The notes under the pieces were generated by a model. The model was not told where the DNA came from. It worked only from the letters and a program-made list of their open reading frames with translations, and searched no databases. From an uncultured virus (IMG/VR IMGVR_UViG_3300043446_002182) (taxonomy: Duplodnaviria; Heunggongvirae; Uroviricota; Caudoviricetes), in IMG/VR virus record IMGVR_UViG_3300043446_002182: 64,000 nt of DNA; one strand, 5' to 3'. Position numbers and translations under genes: made by a program. Numbering within the stretch: position 1 is the stretch's first letter; the number at the start of each line of letters is the position of its first letter. Below are positions 1 to 8,429 of the stretch, piece after piece.

Positions 1-2995
1 TATTTTGCCGTTAGGTAGTTCAATTGGTTCACCGTCTCAAAAATTTTCAACGGTCTATGCCGATAACATATATGGCACTGCATCCATTGCTGTCAGTGCT
101 TCATATGCTCCCGGTGCGCCGTCAATCAGTGCTTCATATGCTTTAACTGCTTCATATGCATTAAATGGTGGAAATGGAGGAAGTGGAACTGGTTCGGCAT
201 CAACGGCAAGCATTGGACTGGTATCTCTTGATTCAAATATGGCGACGAAAGTTCCATTTTTTAGTCAAGACAATTCTCTATCGGCATCAAAAGTTTCGGT
301 GACAAATGGATTGACCGTAAACGTTTATACTGATTCCCATACCGCACCGCCAATGGAACGGGTGTTGTATATCGGTCGTGACGGAAACGTGAATACTTGG
401 GCAGCGATGGGGTTCTATAACGATGCTGGTGGAACCAATGCAAAGTATTGGTTGAACTATGCCGACCAAGTAAACAATCTTGAATGGTCTGCTGTTAGCG
501 ATGATTTTTCAATTGTGAGTCCGTGGTTGACGGTAACTCGTTCTGGCTCGGCTATTTCTCAAATCCTTTTCCAAACAGATACTTCAATCAAAGGCAATTT
601 ACTTCCATCAACAAACCTGACCCGTTCTTTAGGAACTGCATCATTGCAATGGAAAAATGCATGGATTCAAAACGTATTTGGAACTGCGTCTTTTGCAAAC
701 ACGGCATCATTCATTACTTCTTCTGCAATCTCAGGCAAGATAACCAACGCAGTTGTGTCGGCATCATTCGCTTCGATGTCAATCAGCGCATCCTATGCGC
801 CATCCGCACCATCAGTTAGTGCGTCCTACGCTGCGACTTCTTCCTATGCTTACAACGCTGGAACGGCAAGTTTGTTGCTTGGTTCGATTGAAAGTGCTTC
901 GTATGCGTTGTCGGCATCCTTTGCTCAGACTGCATCGTTCATTACAACCGCAGCCACAGCATCGTTCGTATCAGCTTCGGCAATTTCGGGAAAAATAACC
1001 AATGCGGTAGTGACTGCTTCGTGGGCTTCGGCATCACAGACTGCGGTCACTGCGACAAGTGCTAACACCGCAACCACGGCTACGACTGCTTCGTGGGCGG
1101 CAACGGTAACGGCTTCAGGAATCATCGGGAATCCACAAATAGCTTTGTCAGCATCGTGGACTTCCGCCTCACTTTCGTCAAGTTATTCCCAAACAGCATC
1201 GTGGGCATTGTCAGCATCTTACGCACCATCCGCACCATCCATCAGTGCATCCTATGCTGAAACCGCCTCATATGCATATCAGGCAGGAACGGCAAGTTTG
1301 CTGCTTGGGTCGGTGGAAAGTGCGTCATACGCTTTGACCGCTTCGTTTGCATTTTCGTCATCGAATGCAATATCATCCAGCAATTCATTTTCGTCATCTT
1401 ATGCGGGAACGGCAAGTTTGCTGCTTGGGTCGGTGGAAAATGCAACTATCGCAGTTTCAGCATCGTTTGCTTCGGCTTCTATTTCTGCAAGCTATGCCTT
1501 GAGTTCTTCGGCTACGATTAGTGGCTCATATTCATTCAATGCAGTAAATGCCGAATCGTCATCATATCCTTGGGCGGTATTTTCAGGAAGTCCCGTCCAC
1601 ATTTCAAAACCAGTTGGAATTGGTGTCCAACAAATATCGGCTTCTCGACTTTCAATTCTGGAAACGACAAGTAATCATGTATCTGCCTCAGTTGTTACAA
1701 TCCACACAACTAGGACAGATACACAAGTAGGAACGTTAGATATTAGAAACTTGGCGTCATCGGCAAACGCAAACGCCCGTTCCGGCATCTTGCTTACGTT
1801 GGGGCCGACAGGGAGTCTTGAGGGTGGTAGTATTTTTGTAACTAGAACTGCCACTCCCGCACAAGGTCTGGTTAATGGTTTGAACATTACTCCGAACGCA
1901 GCCTCGGCGGACATTGGTATCCGAACTGGTGCGGCATTGAGTGGTTCCGTATCTGGTCCTCAACTGCAAATCAAAGCAAACGGAGCAATTGGTATGGGCG
2001 TTGCTACCCCCACCAATGCTCGTTTACATATCGGTGGAACAGAATTGGCATTCTACAACGCCACCATTCGTTTGACCAATGGTTCTGCTGGTGGTGCTGA
2101 CGTTTACATGGCTGCAACCGACGATGCGTGGGGAGGTTCGGTTACTGGAAAATTCTTGATTGGAACGGGCGACCCTTCGTCGGGAACTCCTATTCTTCAA
2201 CTTTTCCCAACCTCGGCAAGCGTTGGTATTGGTATTGCAAACAATCTTCAGCCTCAAGCTAAACTCCATGTCCAAGGAAATATCAGTGCAAGCTTGGTCA
2301 CAGCATCTTTGGCGGGAACGGCAAGTTGGGCAAACAATGCTCTCACTTCAAATACGGCCTCTTTTGTTTTAACAGCATCGTTTGCATTCCAAGCAACCAG
2401 TGCATCATGGGCACCCTCGGCTGCATCAGATATAGCAGTCTCAGCGTCTTGGGCGTCTCAATCATTAAGTTCATCATATGCCACTACTGCATCGTATAGT
2501 ATCAGTTCGTCGGCAAGTAACACTGCCTCGTTCGCTTTCTCAGCATCATATGCCCCCGGTGCTCCTGCTATCACAGCATCGTTTGCAATTACTGCTTCAT
2601 ATGCGTTGAATGCCTCGGGGCAAAATGCAGCAAGTTCGAGAGCAATGGTTTTGTGTGCAGGTTTCACACCATATTTGACTGGTGCTGACGTGGCCGAAAT
2701 TCCAGTTCCATATTCAAGCGATGGAACAACACCGTTATCATGGTCCGTCAACCGTGTCAATTTGAGAGTTCAACTCTCAGGCAGTACGACTTCATCCGTA
2801 ACGATACAGAAATCATCAGATGCAACTGTTTTCAATCCCGTCTTTGTTACATCAATGAGTTTGAATTCAAGTTCTTACCAAACCTACACGGGGTCATTGG
2901 TTGGTGTAGTGAGTGGCGACAAACTCCGTTTCTTCGTGAATACCATAGGAACCGCACAGTATTGGACAATTACTACCGAAATCACATCGTTATAA
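1..2995 (+). CDS. Ser/Ala/Thr-rich tail fibre-like protein (5' end probably outside window)
   Basis: Frame is open from the window edge. Many SASYA/TASFA/SASWA repeats and fibre-type motifs (VGIG...P.AKLHVQGNISAS). Lies upstream of tail genes. Confidence 0.75.
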   Translation, partial: ILPLGSSIGSPSQKFSTVYADNIYGTASIAVSASYAPGAPSISASYALTASYALNGGNGGSGTGSASTASIGLVSLDSNMATKVPFFSQDNSLSASKVSVTNGLTVNVYTDSHTAPPMERVLYIGRDGNVNTWAAMGFYNDAGGTNAKYWLNYADQVNNLEWSAVSDDFSIVSPWLTVTRSGSAISQILFQTDTSIKGNLLPSTNLTRSLGTASLQWKNAWIQNVFGTASFANTASFITSSAISGKITNAVVSASFASMSISASYAPSAPSVSASYAATSSYAYNAGTASLLLGSIESASYALSASFAQTASFITTAATASFVSASAISGKITNAVVTASWASASQTAVTATSANTATTATTASWAATVTASGIIGNPQIALSASWTSASLSSSYSQTASWALSASYAPSAPSISASYAETASYAYQAGTASLLLGSVESASYALTASFAFSSSNAISSSNSFSSSYAGTASLLLGSVENATIAVSASFASASISASYALSSSATISGSYSFNAVNAESSSYPWAVFSGSPVHISKPVGIGVQQISASRLSILETTSNHVSASVVTIHTTRTDTQVGTLDIRNLASSANANARSGILLTLGPTGSLEGGSIFVTRTATPAQGLVNGLNITPNAASADIGIRTGAALSGSVSGPQLQIKANGAIGMGVATPTNARLHIGGTELAFYNATIRLTNGSAGGADVYMAATDDAWGGSVTGKFLIGTGDPSSGTPILQLFPTSASVGIGIANNLQPQAKLHVQGNISASLVTASLAGTASWANNALTSNTASFVLTASFAFQATSASWAPSAASDIAVSASWASQSLSSSYATTASYSISSSASNTASFAFSASYAPGAPAITASFAITASYALNASGQNAASSRAMVLCAGFTPYLTGADVAEIPVPYSSDGTTPLSWSVNRVNLRVQLSGSTTSSVTIQKSSDATVFNPVFVTSMSLNSSSYQTYTGSLVGVVSGDKLRFFVNTIGTAQYWTITTEITSL
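860..1439 (+). repeat. Direct repeats in fibre gene encoding GTASLLLGS(I/V)E, three copies
   Basis: ggaacggcaagtttgctgcttgggtcggtggaaa is identical at about 1286-1319 and 1406-1439, with a diverged copy at about 860-893. Confidence 0.9.
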
Positions 2996-3031
2996 TAAAG
3001 GAAATTTCCATCGGTTTCACTATGTAATGTT

Positions 3032-4129
3032 ATGGCAGCGAGTCAATTCAAAGTTTATGATTGGGGCGACCCCGGAGCACCGACATTAGATGGAACATCT
3101 GGTTCTCTCATTCGTGTTTTGGAAGGATGTCTCGTCAATGGTTATGGCACAAAAACCCCTGTGGGATGGACACAGCCCATTCCAACCATTTCAGCAAGTT
3201 GGGGTTACATGGCATGTTTCAAACAACCTTCGGGGTCGGGATGCACGTTGATGATTAACGATGGTGCCCCTACCGGTAGTTTGAGTGGTAGCGGTGTTCC
3301 CGTCGGAAGTCAAATTTACGGAACAATGGAAGCATGGGCAACGGGCTGGGAAACTCTTCTTGGGTTTACTGGTTCTGCCACAGGTAACACTGGTAGTGGT
3401 CAAATTGGAACAGGTAGTGGTCAGTTTCCCCTACCCAGCATGACAGGATTGGGTGATGGGCTTGATACATCTGGTTCGGTTGAATGGTTGAAAGCCGCAA
3501 ATCTTGGAAGTCGTCAGCAGAGACCGTGGAGAATTTATGCGGACGCATACACAATGTATTTTTTTGTAGGTCATGGCACAGTTGATGAGTTTGCCTATTC
3601 TCTTTATGGGTTTGGTGACATTTACTCGTTCAAACCTACTTCCGACAGATACAAGTGTATGATTATGGGAAGAATACGGCGTATTGTTGCCACCACTCCA
3701 CAATTTGACACCAGTGATTTCTTTGTATCAATCACTGCCACAGGAATTGCTCCTGTATTTTTTCAACGCTCGTTCACGGGTATCCCGGGAGCTATAGCGG
3801 GTAATAAAATTGGAAGTTCTAACTTTTGTAATATGGCACTTGGTTCTACCAACTATTCTCCGATGGTTGGAATAGTAAGAAGCACCGGACAAAACGAAAA
3901 TATATGTCCAATCACGCCGATATTAACAACCGATGGAACTACTGCTATCCGAGGAAAGTTTCGTGGACTGTGGTTTCCAAGCCATCACTCTACAACTTTG
4001 CTTGATGGTCAGATTATTTCTGGAAGTAATCATAACAACGGACGAATTTTCCAAGTTATCCGCCGTGGCCCTGCAAACGGAATATGGGCGATGGAAATTT
4101 CAAACACAATTGAAACGAACGACAACTAA
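3032..4129 (+). CDS. Putative virion/tail protein, paralog 1
   Basis: N-terminal D.GAPTL.G..GSL..VL..CLVNGYG motif of the kind seen in phage tail-associated proteins; C-terminus EISNTIETNDN. Confidence 0.65.
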   Translation: MAASQFKVYDWGDPGAPTLDGTSGSLIRVLEGCLVNGYGTKTPVGWTQPIPTISASWGYMACFKQPSGSGCTLMINDGAPTGSLSGSGVPVGSQIYGTMEAWATGWETLLGFTGSATGNTGSGQIGTGSGQFPLPSMTGLGDGLDTSGSVEWLKAANLGSRQQRPWRIYADAYTMYFFVGHGTVDEFAYSLYGFGDIYSFKPTSDRYKCMIMGRIRRIVATTPQFDTSDFFVSITATGIAPVFFQRSFTGIPGAIAGNKIGSSNFCNMALGSTNYSPMVGIVRSTGQNENICPITPILTTDGTTAIRGKFRGLWFPSHHSTTLLDGQIISGSNHNNGRIFQVIRRGPANGIWAMEISNTIETNDN

Positions 4130-4132
4130 AAT

Positions 4133-5158
4133 ATGACATCACAGTTTACAATATATTCGGCATCGGACCCTGCTGCACCACAACTAAATGGATTGTCGGG
4201 TTCTTTAATTGATGTTCTCAATGGTTGTCTATACACTGGTTATGGGACAAAAACTCCATTGAAATGGCTTAAGCCAATTCCCGACGACCCTGTGTATGAT
4301 GTTGCATGTTGGCAGCAACCCTCGGGGTCTGGTCTTATTCTTCATATCAACGATACGGGACCGTTTTCTTCTTCTGTTGCGTGGACTCAAGAAGCATGGG
4401 CAACTGGATATGAATCTATTTTGGGACTTACTGGAAGTTTTCCAAACGGAACTGGTTTTGGTCAGTTTCCATACCCCGGCCAAACTGGACTTTCAAACTT
4501 TCCATCTTCAACTTCGGGGTCGGTAATTTGGAGGAAGAGCGACATTCGTTCAAACGCATCCCGCCATTGGATTTTGTTTGGGGATGCATATGGATTCTAC
4601 CTTTTCGTCGCACATAACCAAACGCAGTATTCTCTATACACATTTGGTGATATATTCTCATTCAAACCCGGAAGAGATGCATACAAATGTGTTTTAAGCG
4701 GAAGAATTCAAAGTTCCAACGCAAACAGCATTACGATTGACCAATCCGATTACGTATTTCAACCCGACTTTGGAACTTATCCAATGTATGCTGCTCGGTC
4801 ATCTGGTGGTGGAGGACGCTCAATTCGTATGGTCAAAAATGGGGATGCAGGTAAATGTAGTATGGCATCAGGAGTTCAATACGTTCTGATGGCTGGATTG
4901 ATTCCCGCACCAAATGCGGTTGATGGTGCGATTTATATGAGTCCATTGTGGGCATGTGAAGTTGATAGCTCGTCTTTGCGTGGACGCTTCCGTGGGCTAT
5001 GGTTTCCAACTCATTTAGTTTCAAACTTTGGAGACGGTCAAACGTTTTCTGGAACAGGTGAACTTTCGGGAAAAACATTCATGATAATAAGCCCCGGAGT
5101 AAACAGCGGGCACTTTGCAGTTGAAATTTCAAACACCGTTGAAACCAACGATAACTAA
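4133..5158 (+). CDS. Putative virion/tail protein, paralog 2
   Basis: Same N-terminal motif, FGDIFSFKP, RGRFRGLWFP and EISNTVETNDN as paralog 1. Confidence 0.65.
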   Translation: MTSQFTIYSASDPAAPQLNGLSGSLIDVLNGCLYTGYGTKTPLKWLKPIPDDPVYDVACWQQPSGSGLILHINDTGPFSSSVAWTQEAWATGYESILGLTGSFPNGTGFGQFPYPGQTGLSNFPSSTSGSVIWRKSDIRSNASRHWILFGDAYGFYLFVAHNQTQYSLYTFGDIFSFKPGRDAYKCVLSGRIQSSNANSITIDQSDYVFQPDFGTYPMYAARSSGGGGRSIRMVKNGDAGKCSMASGVQYVLMAGLIPAPNAVDGAIYMSPLWACEVDSSSLRGRFRGLWFPTHLVSNFGDGQTFSGTGELSGKTFMIISPGVNSGHFAVEISNTVETNDN

Positions 5159-5161
5159 CAT

Positions 5162-6136
5162 ATGGCACAATTCACAATTTATCAATCAACCGACTCGGGC
5201 GCACCAACATTGACTGGTTTGACTGGTTCTTTGCTTACGGTTTTGGATGCCATCCTTGTCAATGGATATGGAACCCAGCCGGGGGCTGGGTGGCTAAAAC
5301 CTATGGCAAATACCAGTAGTTACGGTATCTATCAATTGCCATCTGGCTCAACTGGTCATTATTTATTCGTTGATGATGCTGGTTCTGGAAGTGCATTGGG
5401 TACGGAAGCTCGTCTGCAAGGATGGGACAGCATTACTACATTCGATAACGGTGCAGTGACAGGAAGCAATCAATTTCCAACATTGGCACAACTGGCTATC
5501 GGACGTGGCTCTGTTATTGCGAGAAAAAGCACTGCTCCAACTGCTGTAGCAAGAACGTGGATTGCGTTTGCAGATAGTCGGTCGTTGTATTTCAATGTTC
5601 TAACGGGCGATGTTGCCAACAACTATTTTTCGTTTATGTTTGGCGAGTTCTTTTCAATCAAATCTGGTTCTGTAGATACTGGTAGAACTATGATTGCAGG
5701 AAGAAGCGTTGCAAGTAGTTCTCTGGCGGCGACAGAAAAGCTTGATACGTTAAGTTACACGATTACAACGGCAGTAGCAGGGAATTTTGCGGCACATGCT
5801 TTTGGTGGTGGTGGTTCCTCAATTACATTGAATAAACATGGTGATGCAGGGAAAAGTAACTCTGCAACGTCGCTATTGGGAACTGTTCAGTATTTCAATT
5901 CTGCGGATTCTGGTCTTTACATATCACCTGTTTGGGTTGTAGATAATGCAACTTCAACTGTAAGAGGAAGAATGCGGGGATTCCACCAATTCTTACATGC
6001 AATTTCAAACGTTTCAGATGGACAAGTGTTTACTGGTTCTGGTGAGTTTGCAGGACGAAATTTCCAAGTTGTAAAACAAACCGGAAACTCTGGTGTCTAT
6101 TTCATGGAGACTACCAATACATTGGAAACAAATTGA
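5162..6136 (+). CDS. Putative virion/tail protein, paralog 3
   Basis: STDSGAPTLTGLTGSLLTVLDAILVNGYG...RGRMRGF...ETTNTLETN aligns with paralogs 1 and 2. Confidence 0.65.
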   Translation: MAQFTIYQSTDSGAPTLTGLTGSLLTVLDAILVNGYGTQPGAGWLKPMANTSSYGIYQLPSGSTGHYLFVDDAGSGSALGTEARLQGWDSITTFDNGAVTGSNQFPTLAQLAIGRGSVIARKSTAPTAVARTWIAFADSRSLYFNVLTGDVANNYFSFMFGEFFSIKSGSVDTGRTMIAGRSVASSSLAATEKLDTLSYTITTAVAGNFAAHAFGGGGSSITLNKHGDAGKSNSATSLLGTVQYFNSADSGLYISPVWVVDNATSTVRGRMRGFHQFLHAISNVSDGQVFTGSGEFAGRNFQVVKQTGNSGVYFMETTNTLETN

Positions 6137-6137
6137 T

Positions 6138-6659
6138 ATGGCTATCACCAAAGGACTATTAACAAAAAAAGCAGTGGACTTAATTCCAAACTCATATGCT
6201 TTGAATCCAAGTGGTAGTTCTGCTCCGGTATTACGTGGTATTGCAACAAATGCGCCATCATCAATGGAAGGGGATGATTCGTCAGGCATAAGAAACTACG
6301 TCTATGGATTGTCAAAAGAACTAAGTGAGGGGAGTCCGTCTGCACCGTGTATTAGACTTGAATATCCTTCGTTTTGGAGATTTCGCTGGGTGGTAAAGCC
6401 CGGGCAACGTCAAATTTCAGTTCGGGTAAAACAAGTGAAAGCATTCACGGGGCAGCGTCCGATATTGACTGTCAAAGCCAATTCAAACGTTGGATTAACT
6501 ACTGACCAAGTAGCGGTCGCACCTAATGGGACGGATTGGGTAGTAGTTGGGCCTATCATTTTTACAGCAACGGGAACAGATATGGTTTATGTTGAAGTTG
6601 AAAATCGGCTTCAGATGACCAATGGGCCTTTGTTTATTGACCGAATAGTAGCAACATGA
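6138..6659 (+). CDS. Hypothetical beta-rich protein, probably tail-associated
   Basis: ATG at 6138 directly after the stop of paralog 3; beta-strand-like C-terminal half. Confidence 0.6.
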   Translation: MAITKGLLTKKAVDLIPNSYALNPSGSSAPVLRGIATNAPSSMEGDDSSGIRNYVYGLSKELSEGSPSAPCIRLEYPSFWRFRWVVKPGQRQISVRVKQVKAFTGQRPILTVKANSNVGLTTDQVAVAPNGTDWVVVGPIIFTATGTDMVYVEVENRLQMTNGPLFIDRIVAT

Positions 6660-6712
6660 TAATTCCACACGAACTTTTAGTATGGTATTTGGATGCTCCC
6701 GTAGTATGTATA

Positions 6713-6818
6713 GGCACTGATTTCGAGATTGATACCCGTAATCAGTTGTCACTTAGCGGGTCAATGCACGATATTGATGAGAGCTATGCTCTCGACCGTC
6801 GGCGTGCCGACATTTTTT
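6713..6818 (+). ncRNA. Candidate structured RNA or attenuator leader (pseudoknot plus hairpins)
   Basis: Follows TATGTATA (6705-6712). Stems ACTGATT/AATCAGT, loop ACCCG/CGGGT, GAGAGC/GCTCTC, GTCGG/CCGAC followed by T6. Confidence 0.5.
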
Positions 6819-6835
6819 AACCACAAAGGAAAGTT

Positions 6836-7120
6836 ATGAGCGAAGCAGTAAAGATAGACGAAAACATCATTGCAGAAATCAAGATGTTGCAATCCAAGTT
6901 TCAAGAAAGCATCTACAAGATGGGCAACCTCCACGTCGAAAAAATGGAGTTGGACCGTCTGGTGAACGAGTTCGTTGAAAAGGAAAAGAAAATCAACGAA
7001 GAGTGGACAAGCCTTCAAAAACTCGAACAAGGTCTCATGGACAAGATTGTTCAAAAGTATGGTGAAGGAAACTTGAACATGGCTGATGGAACTTTTGTTC
7101 CCGCAGCACCCCCAAAGTAA
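6836..7120 (+). CDS. Small coiled-coil hypothetical protein
   Basis: 94 aa with AAGGA SD upstream; heptad pattern; ends KYGEGNLNMADGTF. Confidence 0.8.
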   Translation: MSEAVKIDENIIAEIKMLQSKFQESIYKMGNLHVEKMELDRLVNEFVEKEKKINEEWTSLQKLEQGLMDKIVQKYGEGNLNMADGTFVPAAPPK

Positions 7121-7123
7121 TGT

Positions 7124-7702
7124 ATGACGCCGGAAGAGTTCATCTTCGAGTATCTTGAGGCCGACCAAGATACGGGTGCTGGGTCGTATGAGAAGATGAT
7201 TTCCGAAATTCAAACTCTTGATTGGGAAAAAGTCAAGCCTCACATTCTGAAACTTCGTTACTTCTACTTTCTGAAGACATCCTACTGGATGATTATCTCG
7301 TCAGAAGTAAAGCGGAGAAGTAAGTGGAAGTGCAATTCCTGTTTCGGTAGAGTTGGTCTTCAAGTTCACCATGAAACCGAGGGCGATGCCAACCACGGGC
7401 AAGAACATCTTCTTTTGCTGGGCGGTCTTATTCGTGGGCTTCGTTGTGTTTGTGAAAAGTGTCATGAAAAAGAACACGGCCCTGCAATCAAAGTGAAAGA
7501 TGCAGAAAAGAAACGGCAGAAGAATCTTCGCAAAGAAAACATTCTCAACCAACTTCCTTATTACCCCGGTCGGATTCCCGAAGAAAGCATCAGCGGTTCA
7601 TCGTTTGTGTTGACTCGAAAGTTATTGGAAGAACTTGAGCACGAACGGAAAATCATGATAGAGCGGAAGCTTTATGATGGTTGGAAAATTCATCGTCTAT
7701 AA
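7124..7702 (+). CDS. HNH-family endonuclease-like protein
   Basis: CNSC...LQVHH...CVCEKCHEKEH motif. Confidence 0.7.
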   Translation: MTPEEFIFEYLEADQDTGAGSYEKMISEIQTLDWEKVKPHILKLRYFYFLKTSYWMIISSEVKRRSKWKCNSCFGRVGLQVHHETEGDANHGQEHLLLLGGLIRGLRCVCEKCHEKEHGPAIKVKDAEKKRQKNLRKENILNQLPYYPGRIPEESISGSSFVLTRKLLEELEHERKIMIERKLYDGWKIHRL

Positions 7703-7833
7703 AAAAGAAACGCTCCCCCGAGGGAGCGTTTCAGTTGAAGAGTAGAGCGGTGGCAGTCAAAAACAATGAACATTGTTATATTCCAACCGCCGTTCTCCTA
7801 TGCGTAACTTCTTGGTTGATGAGAACCAACCAA
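7700..7833 (-). ncRNA. Candidate structured small RNA
   Basis: Minus-strand TATTTATA at 7835-7842, no convincing ORF, several stems, ends at a terminator. Confidence 0.5.
7701..7733. terminator. Intrinsic terminator hairpin, strongest on - strand
   Basis: gaaacgctccc-ccga-gggagcgtttc with an upstream A-run (T-run on - strand). Confidence 0.8.
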
Positions 7834-7922
7834 ATATAAATAGTATCTAAAACCGGAAATCTTTTAAGTTGACTAAATAAACAAATAGTTTATTTTGACA
7901 AACATATCTGATATTTATCAAC

Positions 7923-8351
7923 ATGACAAAAGAAGAACGGTCGGCTTACAACAAGGCATATAACGAAAAGAACAAAGAGAAAATTCTCCTTCGCAAAAAA
8001 CAGTTCTATCAATCCAACAAAAAACGTCTTACCAAAGTTCAAACTGAATATAATAAAGCACACTATGCTGAAATGCGGGAATATCAGAGAACATACTACC
8101 GACTAAAATGCTATGGTATAGACAAAGCAACATTCGATAAAATGTTGCATGATCAACAGGGAAAATGTGTTATATGTGAAGTATTGTTTGATTTGAATAG
8201 TAAAGTGACCAGTCCACATGTTGACCATAACCATGCCACAGGCAAAGTAAGGTCGCTTCTCTGCCACAAATGTAATTTGGGATTGGGGAACTTTTTAGAG
8301 AGACCAGATTCTCTCATCAAAGCGGCGGAATACCTTAAGTATCATGCTTGA
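7923..8351 (+). CDS. Endonuclease VII-like HNH homing endonuclease
   Basis: CVIC...HVDHNHATGKVRSLLCHKCNLGLG; basic helical N-terminal repeats. Confidence 0.85.
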   Translation: MTKEERSAYNKAYNEKNKEKILLRKKQFYQSNKKRLTKVQTEYNKAHYAEMREYQRTYYRLKCYGIDKATFDKMLHDQQGKCVICEVLFDLNSKVTSPHVDHNHATGKVRSLLCHKCNLGLGNFLERPDSLIKAAEYLKYHA

Positions 8352-8382
8352 TAGATTTTTTGTCTTTCAAAAAATCGAAGCA

Positions 8383-8390
8383 TATTTATA
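8383..8390 (+). promoter_or_regulatory. Putative late promoter TATTTATA upstream of sheath (representative copy)
   Basis: The motif recurs upstream of about 20 transcription units on both strands. Confidence 0.7.
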
Positions 8391-8429
8391 GTTAAGTCAA
8401 ATCCATGAACCAATCGAAGGATACAATTT

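Noticed and set aside
3032..6136. Diversity-generating retroelement or invertible tail cassette
   Set aside because: No reverse transcriptase, no TR/VR pair differing only at adenines, and no invertase or flanking inverted repeats in the window.
6770..6800. Hammerhead or HDV-like ribozyme in the 6713-6818 RNA
   Set aside because: TTGATGA-hairpin lacks the CUGANGA/GAAA core, and no P3/P1.1 of the HDV fold could be built; kept only as an unclassified structure.
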